Source: Octopus sinensis (Eukaryota). Taken from it: 64,000 nucleotides of DNA. The stretch is taken from the NCBI RefSeq assembly GCF_006345805.1, contig NC_043016.1:7254001-7318000 (forward strand), written 5' to 3'. The notes under the pieces are model-generated. The model was not told the DNA's origin and ran no database searches. It saw only the letters and a list, made by a program, of their open reading frames with translations. The position numbers were made by a program, and so were the translations under genes. Numbering within the stretch: position 1 is the first letter of the stretch; each line of letters starts with the position of its first letter. Of the stretch, positions 1 through 12,739 are shown piece by piece.

Positions 1-711
1 AACAATAGAAAACATTTACATGTTTCTGTCATTTAACTGTGGTCATGCTGGAGCACTGCCTACAAGAATTTTAGAATGTTATTTATTCTAATCGTCTTTT
101 GCTGAACTGCTAAGTTACAAGGGTGTAAACACACCAACACCAGTTGTTAAATGGTATTTCGTCTGTCTTTGTGTTCTGAGTTCAAACTCCACCAAGGCCA
201 ACTTTGCCTTTCATCTTTTCAGGGTCGATAAATTAAGTTGCAGTCAAGTAGGGGTCTATATGTTCGATTGTCCCCCTCCCCACAAAAATCCAGGCTTTGT
301 GCCTATAATAGAAAATGATTATTATTATTGCTATTATTGTTGTTGCTGATGTTGTTCGGGGCAGTGGTTTGGTGAAATCATTAAAGTATGGGAAAGAATG
401 TCTTGCAGGATTTGTTCCGGGTCTACACATTCTGAGTTCAAATTCTGATTTTCTATCCTCTTGGGGTTAATATAAGTACTAGTCAAGCACTAGCATTCAT
501 TGACAGCATCAATCAACCCTTCCCCAAGATTTTGTTCCTTGTGCCTATAACATGAAGGATTATTATTAATTTTTCTTATCTCAATTTGGTTCCATTTCTT
601 TTGCTGAGTATCTTTGCAATACCTAGAGCAAAGAAACTTAGAGTATATATTGATAGGACATTAAATTATACACACCAGTTTATTATTGCTGTTATTATTA
701 TTATCATTATT

Positions 712-1063
712 GAGTGAGAGAGTAATGCATGCCATCAAAGTGACACTGAGGTAAAATATACGAAGCCCAATGTACCCATCATGACTACCTGTCTGATAAG
801 GGTACACCAGACGCATGCATCACAACCATATGTGCGTGACATGGTGATCTCATATCAAGACAAACAGCGCATGACCTTGCAGGTAGGGGCCCAGTTAGAA
901 TTTTCTTCAGGTTGAGTAGCCCATCCCGCTCAAAAGGTCCCTGAATAAGGGTTGTTTAAGGATATTGAATGAAACACCCATGTTTCCAGAGGTGAATTAT
1001 TCAAACCCCAAAGAATCCTTCTCGATACATGGCCATGATGCTCCCCCACTACTTCTGCTCGTG

Positions 1064-1065
<2 letters not shown>
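712..1065 (-). mobile_element. Dispersed repeat family 'D' (retroposon-like, (AAT)n-tailed on the - strand), partial copy
   Basis: The sequence recurs at 8777-9374. It is bounded by (TAT)n microsatellite. Confidence 0.6.
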
Positions 1066-1098
<33 letters not shown>

Positions 1099-1600
1099 GG
1101 CATTGAGATGGTAGAATTGTTGGCCCACTTGAGAAAAGGCTTAGTGACATTTCGACCATTTAAATTACTCCTAGGTTGACATTGCATTTCATCCTTTTGG
1201 TGTTGATGAAATAAATACCATTTGAATTCTGGGGTCAGTGTAATTGATTTACCCTCTCACCCAGTGGCATTGTTCCAAAATATGAAACTATTATTATTAT
1301 TATTATTATCCCATCCTTTATGTAAATACCTACAAATTGTTTACTGCTCTTGTGATGCCCTTCTCATCTATACCCTTGTGACTAATAAAAGAAATCATGA
1401 TGATTATTATAATTATTATTATTATTATTATTAGAGTATATTGTTAGAGTATCGGATTAAATGCTTTCTGGTATTTTTTCCTGCTCTGAAGATTCCAAAT
1501 TCAAAATCCAGCCAAGGTCATCTTTGACCTTTATCCTTCCAGAGTTACTGGTATCAATTTAATCAACTAACCTACTTCAGGGCTCATGCCTTTGTTATGA

Positions 1601-1645
<45 letters not shown>

Positions 1646-3419
1646 GCCATTCTTATAAAAGGGCTTTGGATTAATATTGTTCGAGCATTGAACAAACATC
1701 TCTTTTCATTCTAGATTCAAATTCTACTGAGGTAATCTTTACTTATTGTCCCTGGGGGGGGGGGGGGGGATACAATAAAGTACTGTCAAGTGCTTGAATC
1801 AATGGTACTGACCTACTCCTTCCTCAAAATTTTGGGCTTGGGCCTGAATTGGAACCATTATTATTATTATTATCATTACATTTTATTGATGATATAATTG
1901 TTAATTGTTTTTCTATTCATTAAATAAACCTATAACTGAAAGGTACATACATACATACATACATATGTATATATATATGTGTGTGTGTGTGTGTAGTAAA
2001 ATAAACAAAAAATGTACAGTGACCTTGGTGGGGTGGAAAATCCAGTGTTTCATTAAATTTTTCTCCTGTCAACTTTTTCTTGAAGAAGAAACTGTGTCCG
2101 AAACCTAGGATTTCCACTCCCCGTGCCATGTTCAGTGTAATTCTTTTCTCTATTTTACTAAACAATACAAGCCTTGCCGATGCAAACCAATGCCAGTCTC
2201 CTTGGATTCTGTTTTATTGCATATACATACATATATACATACATACATGTGTGTGTGTGTAAAATTCATTTTTTCCTGCTGAAATTCATTTTCCGCTCAC
2301 ATTTTTCATATTTTTCCTCTTGTATTTTTCCTTCTTCTTTAATTTCTTCTTGGGAGAAATAACAAATTCTTGAATGATATTATCTTCAAATTTTCCATTG
2401 TTTTTCTTCCAAGTCATCTTTAATTTTATTATCTAATTACAATAAAGAATTTTATTTTCATTATAATAATAATTATTATTATTAAATTTCATTCTTCTGG
2501 TGACTAATTTTTTTTTTTTTTACATTTTTGTGGACAATTATTATTATTATTATTATTATTATCATTATTATTATTATTTTTATTATTTTGTTTCTTTACC
2601 CTTGTTGTTCTTGATCTCTTTAATAATTGGGATTGTAATAAAAAATAATAATGAAATAGGTTACATTGTAAAAAACAAAAAAAAAAGATAAACAATACAA
2701 AATCATTGTCCATGTGAGATTTCAATAAACCATATGGTAAATGCATATATATGTGCATGTATGTAGAAATGCATATGCATCTGTATGCATATATATGTAT
2801 TTATATATATATGTGCATGTATATATATGCATTTATATATATATATATACATATATATGCATATATATATATACACATATATATGCATATATATATATAA
2901 AATCACATGGAACATTCTCTAGAGCCCGAATCCTACTGAAATTTGTTTTTGTGTCATCATAGCAAAAACACATTTTTGGTAGCAAAAACAAAACAAACAA
3001 AAAAAAAATTAAGTAAGAATGAAATTGAAATAAAAATTGATATAACTTTTTAAACTTTTTGTAATGTTTTTTAATTTCTTTTTCCTGTTATTTCTTTAAT
3101 TTATGACTGATTAATTATTATTATTATTATTTGATGAAAACTCAGTTTATTTTGATGGGTTTGATAGGAAGGATACATTGTAAAAAAAACAAAGAAAAAT
3201 AAAACAAAATCCACTACCAGCAGCGGCAGACTAAGGTGGGACTTGTTTACTGATCATGCTTCAAGAACCCAGTGGAGAATTCTAGCAGTTCCAAGCAATG
3301 GTCAGTTTTGTAGATGTTCTACCTTTATATTTGTACCAATCTTTTTGAGCCATGTTGGTAGTTGAGTACTGATATTTCCAAATGTGCCAGTTATTACTGG
3401 TATCACATATGATATGAAA

Positions 3420-3558
3420 GGCAGCGAGCTGGCAGAATCGTTAGCACGATGGGAGAAATGCTTAGCGGTATTTCGTTGATATAATCGACTTAATCCGTTT
3501 GTCCGTCCTTGTTTGTCCTCTCTGTGTTTAGCCCGTTGTGGGTAGTAAAGAAATAGGT
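3420..3558 (+). mobile_element. SINE family 'A', internally deleted copy
   Basis: Head ggcagcgagctggcagaatcgttagc and end gggtagtaaagaaataggt are shared with many copies in the window. Confidence 0.75.
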
Positions 3559-3679
3559 ATGCAGAAATGTGTTACATTTGGGATCTCTCTGACCATTGAT
3601 TCCAAATCACCTAGTTTCTTTAGGTCTCAAGGACCTTTTGAACAATCCTTGTTGTTCCTCATAAAACAGATTTCTGTCA

Positions 3680-3812
3680 TCATCATCGTTGTTCGACCGT
3701 GCTCGAGACAATGGAATTTACCATGCTACGCCAGAGTTCACAGTCCATCATAGCATTACGGAGGTCCTGTTGCTGGATGCCTGTATCCTTGGAGATTACA
3801 TCAGGGTAGGTG
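3680..3812 (-). mobile_element. RTE-clade LINE 3' end fragment
   Basis: Reverse-complement match to 36560-36690, including the (GAT)n-type tail. Confidence 0.8.
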
Positions 3813-4089
3813 ATTTCTGTATGAATGCAGCTCTTGAAGTTACATCTATCTCAATAAGGCATCAACTAAATCTCTTGGATTTCTGCAAAAATCATCCACT
3901 TGTTACCTCTTCCCTCATCTCACCCAATCTGTCTTCGTAAATTTTAACAATCGCGGCGAATAAAAGGTTATTTCCCTTTGAATGCTAACTTTAGCAGAAA
4001 CTGTTTTGTAGATGATATGTAAAAAAAATTGAATTTCGTTTTTGGATTTGGTTTGCCAGATGCTTTATATGAGTTCGTGTGTTGAAGCA

Positions 4090-4380
4090 TATTCTGTTGT
4101 GTCTGGAGAGAGTAATTTTCGTTTTGTGTCTTATAATTTAACACACTGACCGGTAAAATTTCCACTTTTTTTCTTATATTTATTGTCCTAAAATAATTTT
4201 CGTTGCGTCTTGCAACCTTTTCAATGGTCTTTTCAAGAGTCAAGACTCTTGAAAAGGTTGCAAGACGCAACAAAAATTTTAGGAAAATAAAAATAAGGAA
4301 TAAGTGGAAATTTTACCGGTGAGTGTGTTATATTATAAGGCACAAAAAGAAAATGACTCTCCCCAGATGCAACAAAAAAT
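4090..4380. repeat. Imperfect foldback (about 130-bp arms), possibly Penelope-like terminal sequence
   Basis: accggtaaaatttccact / agtggaaattttaccggt and gttgcgtcttgcaaccttttcaa / ttgaaaaggttgcaagacgcaac are mirrored around a centre near 4241. Confidence 0.7.
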
Positions 4381-4670
4381 TGAATGATACCGTGGAATCG
4401 AACCTGCATCTCAGAATCTGATCATCAACAACTTATCGTCACTACAATCAGTATTCACCTATTACAACTGTTGCTTAACTTAAAAAATTTGTTTTGAAGT
4501 TTGATGAAATTTAATTTTTAGGCGTTTCTGACTCGATGGATTAAGTGGAGATAATCTCCAGATAAAATGAATTATCTTTCTTGATTACGACGAATTTCCA
4601 TTTAGGGACATATTTTTTACAGGAGGAAAAGAAAGAAAAATATTTTTCAAGTATAGAAGATTAAATTATC

Positions 4671-5035
4671 GGCGTGGGTGGCAAGAAGCTTGCATTCCAG
4701 CCATATGATTCCTGGTTCAGTCCCACTGTTTGGCAGTTCGGGCATGTGTTTTCTACTATAGCTTCGGGCTGACCAAAGCCTTGTGAGTGGATTTGGTGGC
4801 TGGAAACTGAAAGAAGCACGTCATATATTTGTGTGTGTGTGTGTCCTACTACCATTGCTTGACAACCGGTGTTGGTGTGTTTACGTCTCCTTAGAGTTTT
4901 GACAAAGCGTGACCAATAGAATAAGTACTAGGTTTAAAAAAATGGAAATAAGTCCTGGGGTCGGTTTGTTCAACTAAAAACCTTTATGACAGTTCCCCAG
5001 CTTGTCTGCAATCTAATGACTGAAAGAAATAAAAA
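4671..5035 (+). mobile_element. tRNA-derived SINE family 'B' (CORE-like), diverged copy
   Basis: Pol III box-like head, internal (TG)n and a tgactgaaa 3' end. Homologous to 32203-32635. Confidence 0.8.
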
Positions 5036-5109
5036 GTAAAAGAAAAGATACAATATATTTATCTATCTATCGGTCGGTCTGTCTGTCTGTCTCTCTCTCC
5101 CCCTCTCTC

Positions 5110-5144
<35 letters not shown>

Positions 5145-5767
5145 ATCTATACACACACACACACACACACACACTTTACATGCCCCAGCTCTAATTACTT
5201 GGACAAGGAAACAAAGAAAAAAGGAACAGTGTGTGTAGGGAATTAAGTAACAAAAAAGATGTGGAGGTTGGGGGATAGAATAACAGGTTGTTCCCCTGGG
5301 CCCAAAAGGGTTTGTTCAGCAATGCTTCACAGACGTAATTGCAAAGGCATTGCTGCAGAGAAAGGCTAGTAACATTCGTTGTAACAGCCACCCTATCTCA
5401 TGAGGCTCATTTCTCAGATGGACTGCACTTATCCCAATTTTGTTGGGAAAATCAGCAGTGTTGGTCATGGGGGTATAACATTAAGGTTAGCGTGCATGGC
5501 TTATGATTAGAACGATGGGGGTTCAGTTTTTGAACCAAGAAGTGTGCTTCTGTTCTTGATGACACTTCATTTTACAATGTATGAGAAGATTTCTCTTTTT
5601 CCAACTGTCATAAATCGACCCCAGGATTTTTATTAAAACTTGGCACTTATTCTATCAGTCTCTTTTTCTAAACCGCTAAGCTACAGGTTGTCAAGCAGCG
5701 GTGGTGGACTATTGCATACATGAAGATACACACATATAGATATAAAGATATAGATATAAAAATATAT

Positions 5768-5820
<53 letters not shown>

Positions 5821-6069
5821 ACTTTTTTCAGTTTCAGAATTCATATTCATACCAATAATAATTGGAGCATTAGGTTTTGTTAGTAAATGCTTAACGGAGA
5901 TCTAAATAAACAGGGATTTTGGAAAGAGAAACTGACCAGCTGATTTGAACATTACTAGTGCAAGCTGTGAGTGGAACAGTAAAAACATGCAAGACTTTTC
6001 TCAAGTGCTAAATATGAATGTCTTGTTTTAACTACAGTGCTAGGACAATACTTCCCTGGTTATTTCATT

Positions 6070-6760
6070 GTTGGTTAATTTGTCCTGGGTCAATTCATCA
6101 TTGATCAATTCATCTGCAGGTCAATTCGTCACTGGCCAATTCTTCCCCAAATACTCTTAAATGTGATTTCCGAGGGAAAGTTTAAAACAATCACTTTAGA
6201 ATCAAAATTGTCTTTAGACAGTTTCAGATACTCTCTCTCTCTCTCTCTCTTAAGGATCTGTTCTGACCAGTTTACGAAGAAAGATTTTCAAGCAAATCGA
6301 ATTTATTCAATACATTCACCCTGCAAGATCATAACTTCAGAGAAAGGAAAAATGAAAGTGGTCGATCAAGAAAATTATAGAAACACAAAAAATAAGCAGA
6401 ATGCAGATGGATTGAGAATATACAGCAGGTGTGACAATCGTGTGTGCAAGGTGAGACTTCATACAGATGAAAATTATAAACAGCTTAAGAAGATTGGGAT
6501 CCATAATCACGCTTCAACTGCTGCAGAGGTGAATGCAAGGATAATAGTTTCGAATATTAAAGTCTATTTCATCTCAAGATGTCCCTCGCTCAATTATCTC
6601 TGGTGAAGTTCAGAATTTAAATGACTCTAAATTGCTGCAAATACTTCCGTTTGCACAGCTTAATAGGAATATCAGACGTTGGAGGTAAGCTCACTCCAAC
6701 TACCCTGCCACTCCTCTTACAAATGTTGGGTTTTCCGTTCCAAGTGCTGTTACTGGGAAT
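6070..6760 (+). mobile_element. Mutator-like (MULE) transposon relic with FLYWCH zinc finger
   Basis: ORF 6163-6606 contains SEKGK...IYSRCDNRVCKVRLHT...IHNH, a FLYWCH pattern with W>S. After a frameshift it continues PRSII...LP...LNRNIRRWR. About 15-bp tandem ggtcaattc repeats at 6070-6150 resemble MULE subterminal repeats. Confidence 0.7.
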
Positions 6761-7122
6761 TATTTTCACTTGAGTAAAATGAATTCCGTTAGTCATGGCC
6801 ACGACACACTGACTGGTCCAAGAATCAGTCAGTGATTCATCCAATCAAGGAGAAACCACTTCTAGCCCCCTTCGATAGGCATTTTCAATGCTACATTTTC
6901 CAGTTGCAGTTCAACCTAGAGTTTTAGTGGTAAACCAAACTGAACACTCAATACATACACCTATTTTATTATGTTAGTAGGTGAAAACTTCTTACACACA
7001 CACACACATACACACGTACATACATATATACATCTATACTTTGTTATCTCCCCTACTTCTTTGCTCTCGTGTGTGACAAGTCAGTCACCATGATAGATTG
7101 TTAGCCACTACACACATTTTTT

Positions 7123-7277
7123 TATCTCCTTGTTTTTTCTGTGTTCCTTTCTGTAGAAGAGGGTAGGCTCAAAACATAAAAGACTTTTTCTATTCCTGAG
7201 CATTATACTAATACATCTGTTTGTTTTATACACCACCTGTCTTCATCTTTTGTTGTTTCTTTCATAAACTCTCCCTA
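7123..7277 (+). mobile_element. Penelope-like repeat with hammerhead-like motif, copy 1
   Basis: Direct repeat of 8172-8330 and inverted repeat of 23228-23380. Confidence 0.55.
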
Positions 7278-7311
7278 TATATATATATATATATGTATGT
7301 ATATATTATAC

Positions 7312-7343
<32 letters not shown>

Positions 7344-7489
7344 TATATGCAGCACAGATTTTTGTCAGTGAACAGGTCGTGGATTTTAGCGACGAAAATA
7401 TTTTGACAAATTAAACTTAAATGTTGAAGTGAATCGAACGGCTTTTGTGTGTTTCTTAAATGGCTTATAAACACCTTCCACGCTGCAAT

Positions 7490-7688
7490 TGTTTATATAT
7501 ATATGTATATATATATAGATATATATATATATATATATGTATATATATTATATATATATATATTTATATATATATATATGTATATATATTTATATGTATA
7601 TATATGTATATATATTTATATGTATATATATGTATATATATTTATATATATATATATGTATATATATTTATATATATATATATATGTA

Positions 7689-7722
<34 letters not shown>

Positions 7723-7774
7723 CTATATATATATATATATGTATATATTTTATATATATATTTATATATATATA

Positions 7775-7849
<75 letters not shown>

Positions 7850-7894
7850 TTATATATATAATATATATATATATTTATATATATATATATATAA

Positions 7895-7946
<52 letters not shown>

Positions 7947-7949
7947 ATT

Positions 7950-8007
<58 letters not shown>

Positions 8008-8020
8008 ATATATATATATT

Positions 8021-8052
<32 letters not shown>

Positions 8053-8122
8053 ATTTATAATATATATATTTATATATATATATATGTATATATATTTATA
8101 TATGTATATATGTATATATATT

Positions 8123-8167
<45 letters not shown>

Positions 8168-8170
8168 ATA
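7490..8170. repeat. Long (TA)n microsatellite
   Basis: About 680 bp of nearly pure TA. Confidence 0.98.
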
Positions 8171-8171
8171 T

Positions 8172-8330
8172 TTGTTTCTCTCCTTGTTTTTTCTGTGTCC
8201 CTTTCTGTAGGTAGAAGAGCGTAGGCTCGAAACGTAAAAGACTTTTTCTATTCCTGAGCACTATACTAATACATCTGTTGTTTTCTACACCACCTGTCTT
8301 CGTCTTTTGTTTTTTTCGTAAACTCTCCCT
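8172..8330 (+). mobile_element. Penelope-like repeat with hammerhead-like motif, copy 2
   Basis: Contains gtagaagagcgtaggctcgaaacgtaaaag: a gagc/gctc stem followed by GAAACGTA. Confidence 0.55.
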
Positions 8331-8734
8331 TTATACATACAAACATATATACATATGTACATGCATAGATACATACATAAATACATACATACCTACATAT
8401 ATGTGCACATACATACATACATGTATATATGTACATATGTGCGCATATACACAATAGGCTTCTTTCAGTTTCTGCCTATCAAATTCATTAACAAGGCTTT
8501 AGTTGGTCATGGGCTAGAGCAAAAGTTACTCACCCAAGGTGCCATGCCATGAGAATTGAACTTGAAAAACCACGTTTTCATGGTTTTATTTAATTTTTTT
8601 TTACATGCCAGACTATGTTCCTGGGAAATTTATCTGCTCTTATTTGTGGGTTGAGTGCTCTTAAACCGAAATAACTATTGTAGAAATTAGGATTTGAGTT
8701 GAATGGAGGACAAATTGTTGTAATATATCTAATG

Positions 8735-9100
8735 TAGTGCTTCTCAACCAGGGTCCAAATGACCGTTGGGAGCCTTTGAATAAGGGTTGTTTAAAGATGT
8801 TGAACAAAACATCCATGTTTCTAGAGGTGAATTATTCAAACCCCAAAGAATTCCTCTCAACATATGGCTGTGATGCTCTCCACTACTTCTGCTTGTGATC
8901 AGAGATGCACATATTGTCAGCCTCTAAGGGACATGGTCAACTGGTTAAGGTCAAACAACTGACAAGCAAATCTGTGGTATTGAGCAGAATATTTGCTGTA
9001 GCCCATCTTTTATACCAAGACAAAACAATGTACATGATAACACTTCCAATCAGTTAAGATTAGAAGCCATGAGAGCCGCAGTCTGGTACTGCATCAGGGC

Positions 9101-9140
<40 letters not shown>

Positions 9141-9583
9141 GTTATTATTATTGTTATTATTATTATTATTGAGTGAGAGAGCAGTGCATGCCATCAAAAT
9201 GACACTGAGGTAAAATATGAATCCCAGTATACCCATCATGACTACCCATCCGATAAGGGTACGCCAGCCGCATGCTTCACAACCATATGTTCTCATATCA
9301 AGATAACAGGTGGGGCCCAGTTAGAATTTTCTTCAGGTCGAGTAGCTCATTTCACTCAAAAGGTTCCTGAATAAATTTTGTTGTTAAGTTTTATCAGCTA
9401 TAAATCGGTTATACTTCCACAATGCACAAATTATAATAAGGTTTTGAATACAATTCCTAATAATATTTAATTATGAAAATATGATAAAATTTTTTTAATG
9501 TCAAAAACAGCTCTGAGGAGGGTTTGTCCGAGCAAAACAGGAATCAGAAGGGTCCATAGGTGAGAAATGGTTGAGAACTGCTA
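8735..9583. mobile_element. hAT-type MITE containing a nested insertion
   Basis: TIRs tagtgcttctcaacc / ggttgagaactgcta, with an 8-bp TSD atctaatg / gtctaatg (7/8 match). Confidence 0.75.
8777..9374 (-). mobile_element. Repeat family 'D', circularly permuted copy
   Basis: The halves are in swapped order relative to 712-1065 and are separated by (TAT)n. Both ends read tgaataa. Confidence 0.7.
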
Positions 9584-10114
9584 GTCTAATGAATAAGCAA
9601 TAAAGAGGTGGGGGGGGACCTTTGATTTCTTTTCCTCTTCAACCCACATTCCCCTCCTCCTCCTCGTCGTCGTTGTTGTTGTTGCTCTTCTTCTTCTTCT
9701 TCTTCTTCTTCTTCTTCTCTGACTGCCTTCTTGCCTCTGTCTGTCTGTCTGTCATTTAATCTTGGCACATTTACGAACCATCTATTATCTCCCCTTAATG
9801 TGTGTTTTTTTTTATATTTACAAATATTTACCTTTAAATGTCCTTTCCTTTAATCATGTTATTATTAATGCTACTAAAATGTTCCACGATAGAGATATTT
9901 GTTTATTCTACTGATCAGCACAATAGATATAGTCTTTAGCGTTGACACAGATTTTTTGTCACGAAAACATTGAAAAATCTAACGAAGCAAGAAGTGACCT
10001 AAGGGAGAGAACTCAAAAGTTTTAAAATTATTTACTGTTTAATAAAGGTACAAGTGTTATATATTGTATAAAACCAGTTATCATTGCCTCGGCTCTCTTA
10101 GTAAAATGTATTCG

Positions 10115-10875
10115 GGATCTTTTCCTTTTGAACGGCAGTTTTCAACACAATTTCCGCGTAACTAAACACTTTTAAACTTCGTATACTGGTAGAATGTGTC
10201 AAAATAAAACATTTTTTTCTCTTGGCTTTCTTGAGAAAATTGTAATTTTAAAGTTTAACGTAGTCTAATTTTTCGAATTTTAACCAATCCTATGCCCTCT
10301 AATGAGCTAAAATTATTTGCTGCGTCTAAAACTGAGACAACATCCTGTCACTAACCCTAAGCCTCACCCTAACCCTAAATTTTAGCCTTTCGTTTTTTTT
10401 TCTTAATTGTTAAATTAATTTAATTGTTACGCGTGTCTAAAATTATTCGTTTTGTTTTTATTTTGAGTTTTTGCTTTCATTTTAGCCTTTGGTTTTTTTT
10501 TTTGTTAATTGTTAAATTAAAATTATTTTCCATTGCTTTCGTTTTAGCCTTTCGTTTTTTTTTCTCAATTGTTATCCTTAAATTAATTTAACAATTAAGA
10601 AAAAAAACCGAAAGGCTAAAATTTGAGGCTTAGGGTTAGTGACAGGATGTTGTCTCAGTTTTAGATGCAGCAAATTATTTTAGCTCATTAGAGGGCATAG
10701 GATTGGTTAAAATTCGAAAAATTAAACTACGTTAAACTTTAAAATTACAATTTTCTCAAGAAAGCCAAGAGAAAAAAATGTTTTATTTTGACACATTCTA
10801 CCAGTATACGAAGTTTAAAAGTGTTTAGTTACGCGGAAATTGTGTTGACATGTGCCGTTCAAAAGGAAAAGATCC
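10115..10875. mobile_element. Merlin-like foldback MITE with long (about 270-bp) inverted arms
   Basis: Ends GGATCTTTTC...GAAAAGATCC, with an 8-bp TSD tgtattcg / tttattcg (7/8 match). The arms are homologous to one arm of 17642-18055. Confidence 0.8.
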
Positions 10876-11028
10876 TTTATTCGAATCCGAAGAAGTCAGA
10901 GTAGACATAGTCAAAGATTTATCCTATAACAAATACTGTTTACTTCTTAACTCGCCACAGAATTATGTGTGTGCGCTCGTGTAGTGTGGTTTGTGTGTGC
11001 GTGTGTGTGTATGTGTGTGTGTGTGTGT

Positions 11029-11065
<37 letters not shown>

Positions 11066-11070
11066 ATATA

Positions 11071-11260
11071 TCACCGTGACCGACCAGGCTATCAGGTGTT
11101 GCTACACATCGCTGGTCACAATGCGCTTCGCATTGTTTTAGCCTTCAGATGACGCCACCGCGCTGGCTAAGCGAGCCGGCCAACAGAAGAAAGAGTGAGA
11201 GAAAGTTGTGGCGAAAAAGTACAGCAGGGATCGCCACCCCTCCCCCCTGCTGGAGTCTCG
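11071..11260 (-). mobile_element. SINE family 'E', 3' part
   Basis: Homologous to 32643-32718 plus 33022-33130. Confidence 0.7.
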
Positions 11261-12739
11261 TTTCACACTTTTTCTCTTTCTGTTTTCCGTATTCCTTCCT
11301 AGTATAACGTATTTAATTAAATACTCTAACGCTAACTTTTGTACCATAATTGTCACCACACTAATCCTAATCGTATCATAATCGTTATCATTAATACAGC
11401 ATCCACCAACGTATCTGTCGTAATATTTATTAATACGGTACCGCACTAAATTATCTATCATAAGTTATTATTAGTACCATACAGATAAAGCAAGGGTTTT
11501 AATAGATAAACGTTGACCGTCACATTCATTTGTATTTAGTCTTGTTGCGAAATTAGGCTCACGGGTTCGTTTTCAGTAGCTTTAGGATGAAATGGAAACG
11601 GTTGTTGCTGTTGTTCTTTTAGCAGTAATCACCAGCATTCTCTTAAAAGGCGCCTGGCCTAATAGTTAAGATGTTGCACTCGTTGTTGCAAGGTCGCGGT
11701 TTCGATTCTGGTACCGGGTGAGAGCAAAGCACTTCATTCCACGTTGGTCCAGTCTATTCAGCGTCGGACTGGAGCTCCGTTCACGTGGTGTGTTGTCGTC
11801 TTAGAATCACACACGCCGTGGAATCAGAACAACGGCCTTTGTGAGTCCTATGACACGAGAGCACAATATTCGATGAATGACGATGATAAAGAATATTCTC
11901 TCACATCTCCTGACGGTGATTATAGCCGAAGGTCAATTATTAAAACGAAAACTGAGGGCTAACAAAAATCAGTTACTTGAAGAAAGAAAGAGACATTTTG
12001 GAGAGTTGAGCAGCAGAAAGTCTTCACAAAAGAATCACCTCTGCTTCATGCAAGAGTTTCCACCTTTAACTACTTAAAGTCTAACTGGGATCAGCCGCAT
12101 CCAGATCACAACTCTTGGATACTCCTTTGCTAACACATTCTGTATTATTATCTGCATTACAACATGCGCCTTTCCTGGTGGTTAAGGTGCCCCAGAACCA
12201 AAATATTTTGTATACCGTAACCACTTCACTCTAGGAAACTAATTGAACGTAAGGTAAATTATGTCTCCTAAAATTCAATTTCATTCCTCCTTGACCAGAT
12301 TACCTGGAACTCGTTACAGCTAATTCTGCAATTGGCTTAAGCACCTTAATCCTCTTTTCCCCAGAAACTGAGAACCGTTTATCGAATAGAGGATTTGCCC
12401 ATAAGCCACCTCGATTCCCACCTCTATGGCAAGGAGATTCTTACAAAGTGTGGGCTAACCTAGCGACATAAGCTGACAGCCTGACAATTTTTACAATATA
12501 GCATCAGTTTCGTATTGATAAATACCAGCGGGACCCGTAGAGATTGTATTGTGGAAAAGTTACTTTCATAATTTTATCTCTGAAAATTGGAATATTTAAA
12601 GATAATTAATTGCACAAAATAAATCAAAATCAGAATTTTCTTTTAAATACGGAATATTCCTGGAATGTTTTGATAATTCATTAATAATTAATTATATGAT
12701 ATCTATAATAACTAATAATTTATATATTGTTCTATTGTT

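Noticed and set aside
7449-8214. Long ORFs of YI, HT or CV dipeptides (also 19217-20365, 25287-25718, 37409-38368, 39958-40963, 41822-42571)
   Set aside because: These are translations of microsatellites and minisatellites that lack stop codons by composition. They show no protein signal.
11648-11720. tRNA-like sequence ggcgcctggcctaatagttaag...ggtttcgattc
   Set aside because: It has A/B boxes but broken stems, consistent with a SINE head and not a tRNA gene.
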